Source of the DNA: the human T2T-CHM13v2.0 reference genome, Homo sapiens
DNA length: 64,000 nucleotides
Assembly (NCBI RefSeq): GCF_009914755.1
Contig: NC_060947.1
Strand: one strand, 5' to 3'
Positions 42,456 through 54,639 of the stretch are shown one piece after another; within the stretch, counting starts at the first letter, position 1; every line of letters begins with the position of its first letter. The notes below the pieces were generated by a model that made no database searches, was not told where the DNA came from, and worked only from the letters and a program-made list of their open reading frames with translations. The position numbers and the translations under genes were made by a program.

Positions 42456-43159
42456 GCTGCCATTTCTTTCTAACTTAGAATAAAATCCCTGATTTTAAAT
42501 TCCTTGAAATTTGCTTCATTCCTAATCTTTTGCTTTGAGGATCTCCTTGGAGCAAATAGTTATAAATTAATATTTCTGGTTAAAATACTTTATATATATG
42601 AACTATTTTAAAGTATATAATATATAATAGTTTCTAGGTAAAGCAGAATGCAAAATAGTGACTTGGTGATTGGGATTACTACTATTTTCCCTCTAAATGA
42701 TCTTGATTCTGAATTTCTGAAGGAAATATTTCTTTATATCGGTAACACAAGTGCCAAGCACACTGTGAATAGTCAAGAGAAGACAGTGGAATGTGTGAAC
42801 TACATCATGTACACAATAGACATCAATCTATTGTGAGAGACGTTCTCTTTGGATGATAAAAACAATCTTATAGGGTGATGGTTTTATTTCATGTATTGGT
42901 TTTATTTCATTTATTGTGGCTTAAACTAAGGGTATTTGAATTTCAAAACACCAGTTGGTGCAGCTTTCTTCAAATTCTTTTACAGCAACCCATTGAAACC
43001 TTAGACTGTCTAGGAAAACAAATATACTTTATGTTTTGTTTCCAATCATAATATAGACAAACCTGATATTCTTGTTAAGGGAAGTTAGGTTGTTTGACTT
43101 TGTTGGGTGTATTGTTTGGCAATAAAATGGTGCTCAAATACTTTAAAAAAAAAGGAAGC

Positions 43160-43900
43160 ATAACGAAGAAAAGAGTAAATAGTAAGGCAAAGATAAATGA
43201 AAAAGATAATAGAAAAACAATATAAATAATTCATTAAACCAAAAGTTGTTTCTTTGGAAATATCAACAGAATTGACAATCCTTTAAGTAGATTGACTAAA
43301 GAAGAAAAAAAGAGAAGAGACTTGAATTATTAAAATCAGAACTTGAAGTGGAAATATTACTACCGATTTTACAGATATAAAAAGGATCATGTGAGAACTG
43401 TTAAGCTATTGTAGACCCACAAATGGAATACTGTAGAGTAGACAAATTCCTTGAAACACAATTTAACAATAATTAATCACGCGGAAACAGAAACTCTGAA
43501 CAGACCTATAACAAATAAAGAGACTGAACCAGTAATCAAAAACCTCCAAAGGAAAGCCCAGGAATGTATGATTTTACTGGCGAATTTTACCAAAACTTTA
43601 AAGGAGAGTTAGTTCCCATCCCATCCTTCTAAAACTTTTTCAAACAATAGGAGAGGAGGAAACATCCATTTTATGAGGCCAGAATTACATTGATACTGTG
43701 CTATCCAAAGACACCACAGGAAAATAAAAATATAGACTGTTATCCCTTATGGATACAGATGAGAAATTCCTCAACAATATATTTGAAAATTAAGCCTAGC
43801 AGCATATGAAAAGGATGGTACACTATGACCAAGTAGGATGTATCCCTACTTGGAGGAATGCGAGTGAGTTTCAACATACAAAGGTCAATCAACACAGTTT
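43160..43900 (+). mobile_element. Old L1M ORF2 fragment (Z/RT N-terminal region)
   Basis: aaagcccaggaatgtatgattttactggcgaattttaccaaa; cattttatgaggccagaattac; tatgaccaagtaggat. Confidence 0.75.
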
Positions 43901-43924
43901 AGGAGAACTTATGTTAAACCACAT

Positions 43925-46110
43925 TATTGCCAACTTGTCATGTGAGACTTTTTAATTTTAGTCATTCTAATAGGTGTGTAGTGATATTGCATAGTATTTT
44001 AATTTGCATATCTGTAATAACTAATGCTTTTGAACATCTTTTTATAGGTTATATTTTCTTTGATAAAGAATCCATTCAAATCTTTTTTAGTTTTTCATTG
44101 TTTTTCCCCATTATCATCAATCGAGTCCTTAAAGTTCATTGTATATTCTAGGACTAAGACACTTTATCTAATATATACTTTGTGGCTTGCCTTTCATTCC
44201 TTTGAAGGCATCTTTCAGAGAGAAGTTCTTAATATTTTTAAGTCCAATATTTTGCTTTTTAATAGATCATGACTTGGGTGTCATATCTAAAAAAATTTGC
44301 ATAATCCAAGGACACAAAGATTTCTGCTGTGAATTTTCTGTGAGTTTTATAGTTTTAGGTTTCAAATTTTAATCTGTGATCCATTTTGAGCCTATTTTGG
44401 CCTATGGTTTGAGTTACAAATTGATGTTCACTTACTTTGCATATAGATACTAAATTGTTCCAGCCCTATTTATTGAAACAGTCACTATTTATTCAGTAAA
44501 TTGTCTTTTCGCCTTTGTCTAAAATCAGTTTTTAAGGTATATGCAGGTCTATTATGTTTTCCACTAACACACTTTTTGCTTTATTACAACAATACCACGC
44601 AGGCTTGATTAATGTAATAAATCCTTAAAACAGATATTATTATTATTCCTTCAAATTTGTTCTTTCTTTTTGAAGTTCTTTGACTATTCCAGTTCTTGTG
44701 TATTTTCATGTAAATTCAAAATTAGGTTATCAAATTGACACACACATAAATGAGGCTTTATTTCATCTTCATTTTACATAAGGTATTGTATGTAGGTAAA
44801 TAATTCTAGGTTGACAGTATTACTTCATATTTCAGTAATTAAAGAGTTTGTTTTACTTTATTTGACTATAATTTCTCTTGGTGTGGTTGTCTTCAAGTTT
44901 CTTATTTGGTTTGTTGAACTTTTGGAATATGTATTAAAAATTTCCATGACAATTTCTACCACTATTTTTAATGACTCCCCCTCTCTTCCAAGTCGTTTGA
45001 GGATTTCAATTCTATGCATGTTATGCTGATTGAAGTTGTACCGCAGTTTACTGATGCTGTATTTATTTTATTTTATTTTTATTTTTCTGCATGTTTCATT
45101 TTTTTCATGGTTTTTATTGTTAGGTGCTAGACTTTACTAATATTTTCTTCTGCTCTGTCTAATATAACATTAGTACAATTCAGTGCCTTGCTTATATCAG
45201 ACATTGTTATTTTCCTTTCTAAAGTTCTGTTTGGATATTTTACTTATCTTTCATTTCTCTACTTAACATTTGAACATATGCAATACCGTTATAACTGTAT
45301 TAATAACCTTGTTTGCTAATCAGTTCTGTGTCAGTTCTGGGAGACTTTCAATTTATTGAATATTCTCTTCATTATGGGTACTAATTTTCTGCTTCTTTAC
45401 GTTACTAGTACTCATTGATTGGATGCACTACATTGTGAATGTTATCTTGTTGAATGCTAGATATATCTGCATTTCTAAATATATTATTGAGCTTGGTTCT
45501 AAGATGGAATTAAATTACTTGGAAACAGTTTAATCTTTTTAGATACTGTTTTTAGCATTTGGTAGGCTGAACCAGAGCAGCATTTAGGCTATCGATAATC
45601 ATTGCCTACTGCACTGAGACAATATGCTTCTGGGTACTCTAATCAATGCCATATGTATTATGAGATTTTTCAGTCAGGCTTGTGGGAACAGGCACTACTT
45701 CTGGACCTGTGCAAATTCTCTGTACTTTCTTTATGATAATTTCATATTAATCTTTACCCAGACTCACCTGATGCCCTCACATACCCGTTGTGATAAGTTT
45801 TGTGCTGAATGCCCAAGGAAGGCCTTTCATAGTGTTCTCTTTCTGTCAAAATAACTCCTTCTCTGGTACTCTGTCCTGTGAGTTTTAGCCACCTTGGCCT
45901 CCCCAAGCTCTCAGATATACGTTTTTATTTACACAAAGATTCTAGTAGGCTCCACCTGAGATCCAACCTCCCTCTGATGTATCCCAGAAACAATCTCATA
46001 GCAGTAAACTGAGGCAATTATAGTGCTCACTAAATTTATTTTCTGTCTCTCATGGATCACTGCCCTTGACTGCCTGATAACCAGTGTCTTGAAAAACATT
46101 GTAACACACA
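43925..46110 (-). mobile_element. Highly decayed antisense L1M fragments
   Basis: T-rich antisense L1 motifs (tttttaattttagtcattctaataggtgtgtagtgata; tctgtgatccattttgag); internal boundaries not resolved. Confidence 0.6.
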
Positions 46111-46418
46111 TACATACACACACACACACAGACATGCATGCAAACTAACATATATGCATACATTTGCATCCGTGTGTGTATGTGTGTTACAATTACATAT
46201 ATATATAAAGTGTGTGTGTGTATGTTTGTGTATGTATGTATGTTTGGTGAGAATAAATATAGTTCCTGTTAACTCAATTTTTGCTGGAACCATAACCTTT
46301 AATGCTGCATCATAAGAACTTTGTTCTAAACCAGACACAAAATGAACTAAAATAATTTTTATTCTCCATAAGCATCCTTGCACATTGACACATGGAGATG
46401 ACATAGTCATTGGATATT

Positions 46419-46796
46419 TGATATGATTTGGTTGTGCCCCCACCCAAAATCTCATCTTGAATTGTAATCCCCATAATCTCTGCCTGTCAAGAGTGAGACC
46501 AGGTAGAGGTGATTGAATCATTGGGGTGGTTTCCCCCATCCTTTTCTCATGATAGTGAGTGAGTTCTCATGATATCTGATGGTTTTATAGGTGCTTGGCA
46601 GTTCCTCCTGCATTCATTCTCCTTCCTGCTGACTTGTGAAGAAGGTTCATTACTTCCCCTTCACCTTCCACCATGATTGTAAATTTCCGGAATCCTCCCC
46701 AGCCATGATGAACCATGAGTCAATTAAACCTGTTTCCTTTATAAATTGCCCACTCTAGGGCAGTTCTCTATTTCAGTGGAAAAATGGACTAATACC
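46419..46796 (+). mobile_element. THE1D-like solo LTR
   Basis: tgatatgatttggttgtg...tgagtcaattaaacc...ggactaatac; 5-bp TSD atatt (46414-46418 / 46797-46801). Confidence 0.9.
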
Positions 46797-46915
46797 ATAT
46801 TTCAATGCCCTTCAATCAAAGATCACCAAGAACACACATATAGTAGAATAATTTGGGTTTATTACTCATTGCAGCAAGGGTGAAAACACACCCTCTGGAA
46901 CCACGAAGTGTCTCA

Positions 46916-47101
46916 TAGGTTTGCTTGGTTTAGCAAATAAAAATACAGAATACCCATTTAAATTTGAATTTCATATAAATTATGAAATTTTTATTTAAAA
47001 TGTGTTCCATGCAATATTTGTAACTAATTATACTAAAAACATATTTTTTTATCTGATATGCACATTTCAGTAAACATCTTGTATTTTATTTAACAATTCT
47101 A
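46916..47101. mobile_element. MER53 palindromic MITE
   Basis: tttagcaaataaaaatacag...ttaaatttgaatttca...ccatgcaatatttg...atctga...tgtattttattt; flanks gtgtctca / gtctca. Confidence 0.8.
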
Positions 47102-47313
47102 GTCTCAGTAGGAAGGTGTCAGAAAAGACTTGCTAAAAGATTTAGGGTCCTATTAGGTGTTATGAGGTTGAGTCAGGTGATTAAGGAAGTGGGACTATGC
47201 TCTGCATTAGATGTTCTCAGTAACTAAAGATCATTCTATGATCGAGTATTTTTTAATAAATCAAATTTATAGAGAGGAGAGACAAGAAGAAAGATAAAAC
47301 TGTCATTAGTATA

Positions 47314-47349
47314 TGTATTAGGGTTCTCTAGAGGGACAGAACTAGTGGA

Positions 47350-47414
<65 letters not shown>

Positions 47415-47785
47415 ATTAACTCACACAATCTTAAGGTTCCACAATAGGCCATATGCAGGCTGAGGAACAAGGAGAGCCAGTCTGAGTTCCAAAACTGAAG
47501 AACTTGGAGTCCCATGTTCAAGCGCAGAAAGCATCCAGCACGGGACAAAGATGTAGGCTGGGAGGCTAGGCCAGTATCTCTTTTCACATTTTTCTGCCTG
47601 CTTATATTCTAGCCGTGCTGGCAGCTGATTAGATTGTGCCCACCCAGATTAAGGGTGGGTCTGCTTTTCCCAGCCCACTGACTCAAATGTTAATCTCCTT
47701 TGGCTACACCCTCACAGACACACCCAAGATCAATACTTTGTATCCTTCAATCCAATCAAGTTGACAGTCAGTATTAACCATCTCA
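47314..47785 (-). mobile_element. MLT2A1/A2 (HERV-L) solo LTR with internal (TA)n
   Basis: tgtattagggttctctagagggacagaacta...caatccaatcaagttgacagtcagtattaaccatctca; perfect TSD gtata (47309-47313 / 47786-47790). Confidence 0.92.
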
Positions 47786-47818
47786 GTATAGGACCAGCAG
47801 TCAGTCATGTTAGCCAGG

Positions 47819-48484
47819 CGTGGTATGCAGAATGGTCCCCTAAAGTTGTCCACTCCTACGTTTGATCCCTGGATCCATCTAACATGTACCTTGTATGGCA
47901 AAAAAGACTTTGCAGATGTAATTAAGGTCATGGATCTTATGAAGATCCATAGCATGTAGTGATTTGTAATTTTTCTGAACCACTAATTTAATTACTAATT
48001 GAATTAATAATTTAGTAGGGAATTTATCCTACATTATCCAGGTGAGTCTAGTCTAGTCACTCATAGTCTTTTTTAAAAAGCAGAGAAGGCAGGAGTGATG
48101 TGGCAGAGGGGAAGTCAGAGAGATTTGAAGTCTGACTACTCACCATTGCTAAGCGGAGGATCACATGAAAATCATAAGAAACAGTGCAAGCAACCTCTAG
48201 GTGAAAAGAGCCCCTAGCTAACAGCCAGAAAAGAAAGCAGCTTCTCATTTTCATAAATGGCAGAAACTGAGTTCTGCAAAAACCTGAATGAGCTTGGAAG
48301 CAGATTCTTCCCCCAGAGCCACCAGAAGTGAATACAGCCCTGCCAATACCTCAATTTCCGTGTTGTGTTAGAGCAAAAAAAGCATATAAGCTCTACTGTA
48401 CCTGGACTTCTGATCTACAGAATTGTGCAATAATAAAGCTGATAAATTTGTGGTAATCTGTTGTGGCAAAAATAGAAAACTGAT
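47819..48484 (+). mobile_element. MLT1E-like MaLR solo LTR
   Basis: gactttgcagatgtaattaaggtca; acctgaatgagcttggaagcagattcttccccagagcc; aatttgtggtaatctgttgtggcaaaaatagaaaactgata. Confidence 0.8.
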
Positions 48485-50139
48485 AGCCCAAGAGAAGTGT
48501 TTTGATATTTTATGGTTTGGGCATTTGTTTTTGTCTGGGCATTGACATGGTTATTGAGTGGTCTTGTTTTTATCTTGCTTCATCATGGCCAGAGAGTGAC
48601 ATCGTCTAACGTTGATGCACTGTGAAGTTGTTTATGTTCAACAGGAGAACATCAAGACTTTGTTGCAAATGGCAGGAAAACTTGTAACCACACCAAAGCC
48701 TAAATGGTAGTACCAGGGCAGTTTCTGGATATTAGGAGCTGATATTTTTTGTTGTTGTTGTTGTTGCTTAGATATGTAAGTACTAAGCTAACTGCTAGAA
48801 TTATGTATTCATGTCAACTTCAAAACGCATATGATTCAAATTAGTGATTCAGAAAAATTACAAATCACTACATGCTATGGCTTTGCAAGCTACTCAAAAC
48901 CATAAAAGTTAAATCTACTAGTATCAAAGTATGCTGTTAACAAAACTGGATATATTTCAGGGAATGAAGGTTATTTTTCAATACTAAGTGTGGTTAGAAT
49001 ATAAAGTCCAACAGGGAAATTGCTGGTACTAAAATGAATCCAATCTAAAGATCAGGCTCTTAAAACCATTGATTCATATTTAAAAATAAATTTATTTATT
49101 CTTCACACATAGTTAAAATTAGTTATTCTCATTTAGATCAAATACAGGTGAGTAAATGGGGGAAAATGTTATGCTTTAAATAGGTATGTCATGGCCAGTA
49201 CCATTTCTTTAAGACACTAGAGGAAAATATGGTACTGAAGTACAGAAAGGCATGAAAATCTATTAGAATTATTGTCTCAGCTGTTTATTCATTATTACAT
49301 GTGGTAAATTGGTACTGAGTGATAGGGTGCTATAGGATTCATAGATTCACCATAAAGGCAAAACTTCTGCCCACATTATAACAATTAACAAAGGAAATCC
49401 AAATATTCCAGGTGCAGGTGATAACTTACTGGGGCCTTTAGATCAGCTCCAGAATCATCATGCAATCTCTAAAGCTAGAGTGAGTTTTCTAAAATTCTGT
49501 TAGATTTAACTCAGTATTTCTGCCTAATCTCTGTGGAGTCAACCATAACCTCCAAAAACATTCTCATATTTGAGTGAAAGACAAATTCTTTATGCCAGAT
49601 GCTTAGCTAATCTGGCACCAAGTGTCTGGTTAACTGGCAGAACCACTACTATAGATGCTATATATTCAGGCCAAGAAAGAGCAGATGAATTTGTTTTCGA
49701 TGACATTTATGTTATTGTGACATATACTTAGAATAAATTGAAATACTCTAGATTCACTAAATAGTAATAATTATGAAATGTAATTAATTTTGTTTTTCAC
49801 ATCCAAACTAGTTCTGACTGGAAACCTAAGAAAGTTATACACTTAGAATAAAACAAAACTAAATTGATAAGAAAGTAAAGCATCTGACATTTATTTTTGC
49901 AGTACATATTTTTTCAATGAGATGCTAAATCCATTCAGGATAGCAAGTAGATCTAGAGGAAGTATTAATGAGTTATTAATGTTATATGACAATATGTTTA
50001 GTCCTCAAATGACAGTATAGTCAATGAACAGACATTAATATTGGTAATAATTTTCCTATCTTTCCAAGAAATTTTATTATCATGAAATATATAATAAAAA
50101 GAGAACCTACTTATTAAGTTGTGAGTGCATATTATGAAG

Positions 50140-50201
50140 ATTTTGACCAATACCCATTTGGTCAAAATGGGTATTTTTGGTCCCATTTGGTCAAAATGGG
50201 A
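50140..50201. repeat. Interlocked inverted/direct repeat cluster
   Basis: 19-bp direct repeat cccatttggtcaaaatggg (50153-50171, 50182-50200) plus two overlapping 11-bp inverted repeats. Confidence 0.95.
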
Positions 50202-50461
50202 TAGAAACTAACAAAAAATGCTTATATTTTTGTCTGACTATCCAGAAGATGAAGTTAAAAATGAAAAAAACAATGATGATCAAGATGAAACCTTGGAAAC
50301 TTACACACTTCCTGAAATCCTATCTGCCTTCCTTACTTAAGTGTTTAAAGTTGTAAGATAGACTTTCATAAGAAGAATTACCTTATCACTTAAGATTTTA
50401 TAGCCGAGTGTGTAATTTAAACTAATTTTATTAACTTCATAAAATATAGATGTTCACATGC

Positions 50462-50833
50462 TTTCTTAGTCCATTTAGGATATAACAAAATACCATAAAC
50501 TGGGTAGCTTATTGTTGATCTAGACAACAAGAGAAGTGTATTTCTCACAGCTCTGGAGGCTGGAAAGTCCAAGATCAAGGTGGCAACAGATTCTATGTCT
50601 GATGAGGGCCTGTTTACTCGTTCAAAGACAGTGCCTTCTGTGTCCATACATGGTAGAAAGGTTTAGCTAGCTCTCTGGGCCCTTGTATAAGAGCACTAAT
50701 TCCATTCATTAGGGCTTGGTCCTCATGACCTAATTATCATCCAAAGTACACAACTCCTAATACTATGATCTCAGGGATTAGGATTTCAACAAATGAATTT
50801 AGGGGAGAGGGACACAGATATTCAGACCATAGC
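50462..50833 (-). mobile_element. MLT1A/A0-like MaLR solo LTR
   Basis: cttagtccatt...aacaaaataccataaactgggtagctta...ctggaggctggaaagtccaagatcaaggtg...attcagaccatagca. Confidence 0.85.
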
Positions 50834-51371
50834 ACATACTGAATAAAATATTAAATTATTTTTTTCTACTTTGTTAATGCCTTCTTATTCTAAAATGCTT
50901 CTACTTGCTGGCTGATCAACTTCATTAAAAAAAATAGTCATTCTGAAGAAGAGGTACAACCTTCCTTTTAGTGGAAAGTTTACAGAGGACATAAACCAAA
51001 AAAAGCTTTTAAAAGCCTCCCTCCCAACTCTTGCTTATTGAGATTTTCATACTTTACTCCATATCGTATCCTCTTACTTAGTTCTTGCCACAAAATTGAG
51101 AGATTTCATAACCCATTTAGGATGCCTATCCAATAGCCCAAACTTTAAATGTCTGGGTCTTCACAACGCCAGTAAACTTCTCCTCTTTTCTACTTCAGGA
51201 ACATCTCTCCCAAGACCAATACCTGAAAATTCCATTTAGCCAAAACCACTCTTAATAATCAACTCACCGATCATAATTTCTTAACCTTCCATATCTCCCA
51301 TGCATTTATTCATCTACACATGAGTTTTGTCCTTATTCTCCCTTAATCTGTTTTTTTTTCCTAGTTTTCAC

Positions 51372-51550
51372 TGCATTTATTCAGGGCTCACTCTGTGGCA
51401 AACACTGTGCTAAATGCTTTATATAAATTTTCTTGTTTAATACTCATAGAAACCCTACCCATTACTATTATTATCTAAGTTTGCAGGTGAAGGTATTGAG
51501 TCACAGAGAGGTCACACGGCCAGTAAGTGGCAAATGCTGGGTTTCAATAT
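51372..51550 (-). mobile_element. MIR
   Basis: catttatt...cactgtgctaaatgctttatat...tttaatactcata...aggtcacacggccagtaagtggca. Confidence 0.75.
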
Positions 51551-51999
51551 TAACTTTCTAACCATAAATTATGAATGTTTAATTATGATTGAAACTATTT
51601 TACCAATCTAAGTTTTCCTTCCTTTACTCTTTCACTTTTGCTCATTTCTTTCAGAGAAAATTTTAAAAATACAATATTCTCTTTAAGACAATTCAACTTC
51701 TATGTCTGACTCTAAGAACAGAAGGCTTATTTTCATTTCAAAACAATGACATGTGAAGTCATTATTTCCTCAAATTCTTGTCTTTTTATCTACAGATTTA
51801 CCCATATTAACCATCCCAATTAATATACATCTCCTCAAGACTTGGAGATTTCTCTACTTCTGTCCAAGGTCTACACATCTACCACTAAAAATTGCCTCGA
51901 TGAGTGTCAAAGGATTGACAGACATCTGTTGATTCTTCATGCCCTCTTGGTTCACTACCCAAACTTGATTGCTTTTTGCAACCAAACATTTTGAAATAA

Positions 52000-52349
52000 T
52001 AATTTGCACATAATGACTACAAGTCCTTATACTTTCCTGGGTTCCCAGTCTGCTGTAAATCTCTGTTGGTTTTCACAATTCTATTAAAACCTGGTTCAGG
52101 TAAACTCGCCAATAGCGCCTTAATTGCCAAATCTAATGGACATTTTTAAGTATTTATCCTCATGGTCCTCTCTCCTGCAGTTGACACTGTTGATATCTTT
52201 ATTAATTATTGTTCTTCCTTGATTTCTCTGACCCCCCCCACCAACTCATCTGATTTTTCTCATACTTCTTTGACCACTAGTTTTCTTCTTCTATTTTTAA
52301 AAATAAGCTCCTCTTCTTCTAGTCCTTAAAGGTTAGTTCACAGATATAC

Positions 52350-52396
<47 letters not shown>

Positions 52397-52570
52397 ATAT
52401 TATGTTACTCTAGATGATGGGCCTCTAACTCAAGGGATTTCACAATGTTTCATTATTCTCTGTTTAACTGAATGCCTCTTTCATAAGCCTATGAGATCCT
52501 TCTGTGGATGTCTGTGTGTGACTCCTGCATAGTATCTAGCAAACAGTAAGGCATTAAAAATGCTTATTAA
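52000..52570 (+). mobile_element. Decayed L2 with (TA)n at ~52345-52392
   Basis: taattgccaaatctaatggacattttt..., gcagttgacactgttga; 3' end tctagcaaacagtaaggcattaaaaatgctt. Confidence 0.6.
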
Positions 52571-53809
52571 GAGAACTCATTACTTATTTTCAAAACTTTA
52601 CAAAAATTAGAGTGTGTCATTTCTATAAGTTTGTATTTCAATTAGCATTTACCATTTTCATAGTTTTAAACTATATTATTCGTCCTTTCACTTATTTTAA
52701 CACATTTGATTTTTATAAAAACTCTGTGAGTTAGGCAAGAAAGATCTACCCTTTGTTGTCTTATAAAGAAAGATTCAGGAAGGATAAATAATTTGTCAAT
52801 GATTACATAGTATTGAATACTTGATTCGGATCTAAAACTTAGATGACTTACTTTGCATGTTTTTCTAATCCTCATTTGTTACTTCTGGCATCACTACATT
52901 ACTCGTTGTTATTATTAAAATTGTCATACTCACAAGAGCAAAGCATTTGGCCCATTTTCCATATTCAAAGTCACTAGGAAAGATAAATAAGGGCAAGGAG
53001 TGAAAAAAACAGACTAACTCTATATTAAATGCTATATATTTTGGAAAAAAAAGTAGAGCACATGTTTTTGACTGTGTTTTAAAAAAACACCTAAAATATG
53101 AGAAAATAAGTGCAGAATGTACAAAACTTTAGCATTAATTCCAAACCAAATATTTCAAAAAGCACAATCAAAAATAGTAAAGAAACGATACCGATATGTT
53201 ACTGTTAAATATATGTCTTTGTAAAATATTCTAGTTTTAAAAATGTCTTAAGCACAATTTAGAATATCAAATGCTAAGCACATAAGCTGAAATAATTGCA
53301 TATTAAAGATCACAAAAGAGCTACTAAACCGTGCATTAACTTTAAGAGGTATCATATAAATGAACTTTATTTAGATATTTCAATTAAAGCCCCAGGGAGT
53401 TGCTATATAGAACCTAAACAAAGTATCTTATCATTTCTAATTCCCTAGTGATTTAAGTTTATAATTCACCAAAAGGAAAACATTTTTAGACATAGCGATA
53501 TTTTATTGAAACTTTGAGGAAAGAATTTTCTTGTATCTAGAAAATGTCCATTATTAAATGACTTTAGTATGAGTACAGAACATCGACCATGATCTATACA
53601 AAGTTAAAATTGTATAGGGACATAAGAAGAGGGAAATAAGAGGCCTGAGATATAAACATTACAAAAAACAGAGTTGAATTGCTTAATAAAGCCTTTTAAA
53701 TACTGATGAACCATGTTTATATATCTCTGACCAGGTACTTATATCATCAATTTTATTTTTCAGGCAATGACAGTAGGGCAAAAGAAGTTTACTTTACTTA
53801 TTCAGCTGC

Positions 53810-53920
53810 AAATTCATTCCCCAAGGTTTTTTTACTCAGTGTGTACCATATGCCAGATATTTTTCCAGTCCTTTAAGGACATAATGCTGCCCTCAACTAT
53901 AGATAGACAGATAGAGAGAC

Positions 53921-53961
<41 letters not shown>

Positions 53962-54097
53962 TAGAGATAGATAGATAAAGATAGATAGGTAGATAGACAG
54001 ATGATAGATGACAGGTAGATAGATAGATATAGAGATAGATAGATAGATAAAGATAGATAGGTAGATAGACAGATGATAGATGATAGGTAGATAGATA

Positions 54098-54143
<46 letters not shown>

Positions 54144-54540
54144 GTGTGTTTCTGTGGTTGGACCTATGTCAGGTGATGATATGTGCAATGAAAATATAGA
54201 GAAGGGCAAGAGGACAAAGATTGGGGGCTATTTTCCACAAAGGATCTCAGGAATGACATCTCTAGGGAAGTAGCACTTTAGCAGAAATGGGAACAAAGTG
54301 AAGCAGCAATAATAGCTGAGAGTAGTGTTTCAGGTTCAGAGAACAGCAAACACAAAAGCTCAGGAGCATGATCAATATACACTTTAAAAAGCAAATAAGC
54401 AAGGGGTTGAGTGGTTCAGATTATGATGCAGAAGCTGGAATGGAATAGATCAAATTTGACATTGTAGACTAATGTGTAGATTTTGGGTTATATTATAAAT
54501 ACAATTAAAAAACTATTGAAGAACTTTGAATTTGAAAGTG
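53810..54540 (-). mobile_element. Decayed L2 interrupted by a GATA repeat
   Basis: attcattc...tactcagtgtgtaccatatgccag; gagaacagcaaacacaaaagctcagga. Confidence 0.55.
53899..54143. repeat. Compound (GATA)n microsatellite with a duplicated ~70 bp higher-order block
   Basis: Read directly; source of the IYLS-repeat ORF 53832-54209(-). Confidence 0.97.
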
Positions 54541-54639
54541 ACTATTCGATTACTCAAAACAGTCAGATTTTACTTTAAAAGCCAACCAAAATATATATCC
54601 ATAGATTTGTATAAATATAAGTAACTAACAATTTGTATG

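Larger units (their letters stand above)
46802..48745 (-). mobile_element. Ancient LTR (LTR78/79-like) split into four pieces by MER53, MLT2A1 and MLT1E
   Basis: gggtttattactcattgcagcaaggg..acacacc..ggaacca..gtctcagtaggaaggtgtcagaaaagactt; pieces rejoin at TSDs. Family name tentative. Confidence 0.55.

Noticed and set aside
49125-49155. Possible 11-nt microexon (ctcatttag|atcaaatacag|gtgagt)
   Set aside because: Short weak pyrimidine tract, not frame-preserving, no known host gene; expected by chance in 64 kb.
50512-50530. Small inverted repeat ttgttg-atctaga-caacaa in MLT1A (similar: tgttgata-gattt-tatcaaca at 57114-57134)
   Set aside because: Arms of 6-8 bp are within chance expectation in AT-rich DNA, although they may be minor template-switch events.
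53832-54209. 125-aa IYLS-repeat ORF
   Set aside because: Translation of (TATC)n.
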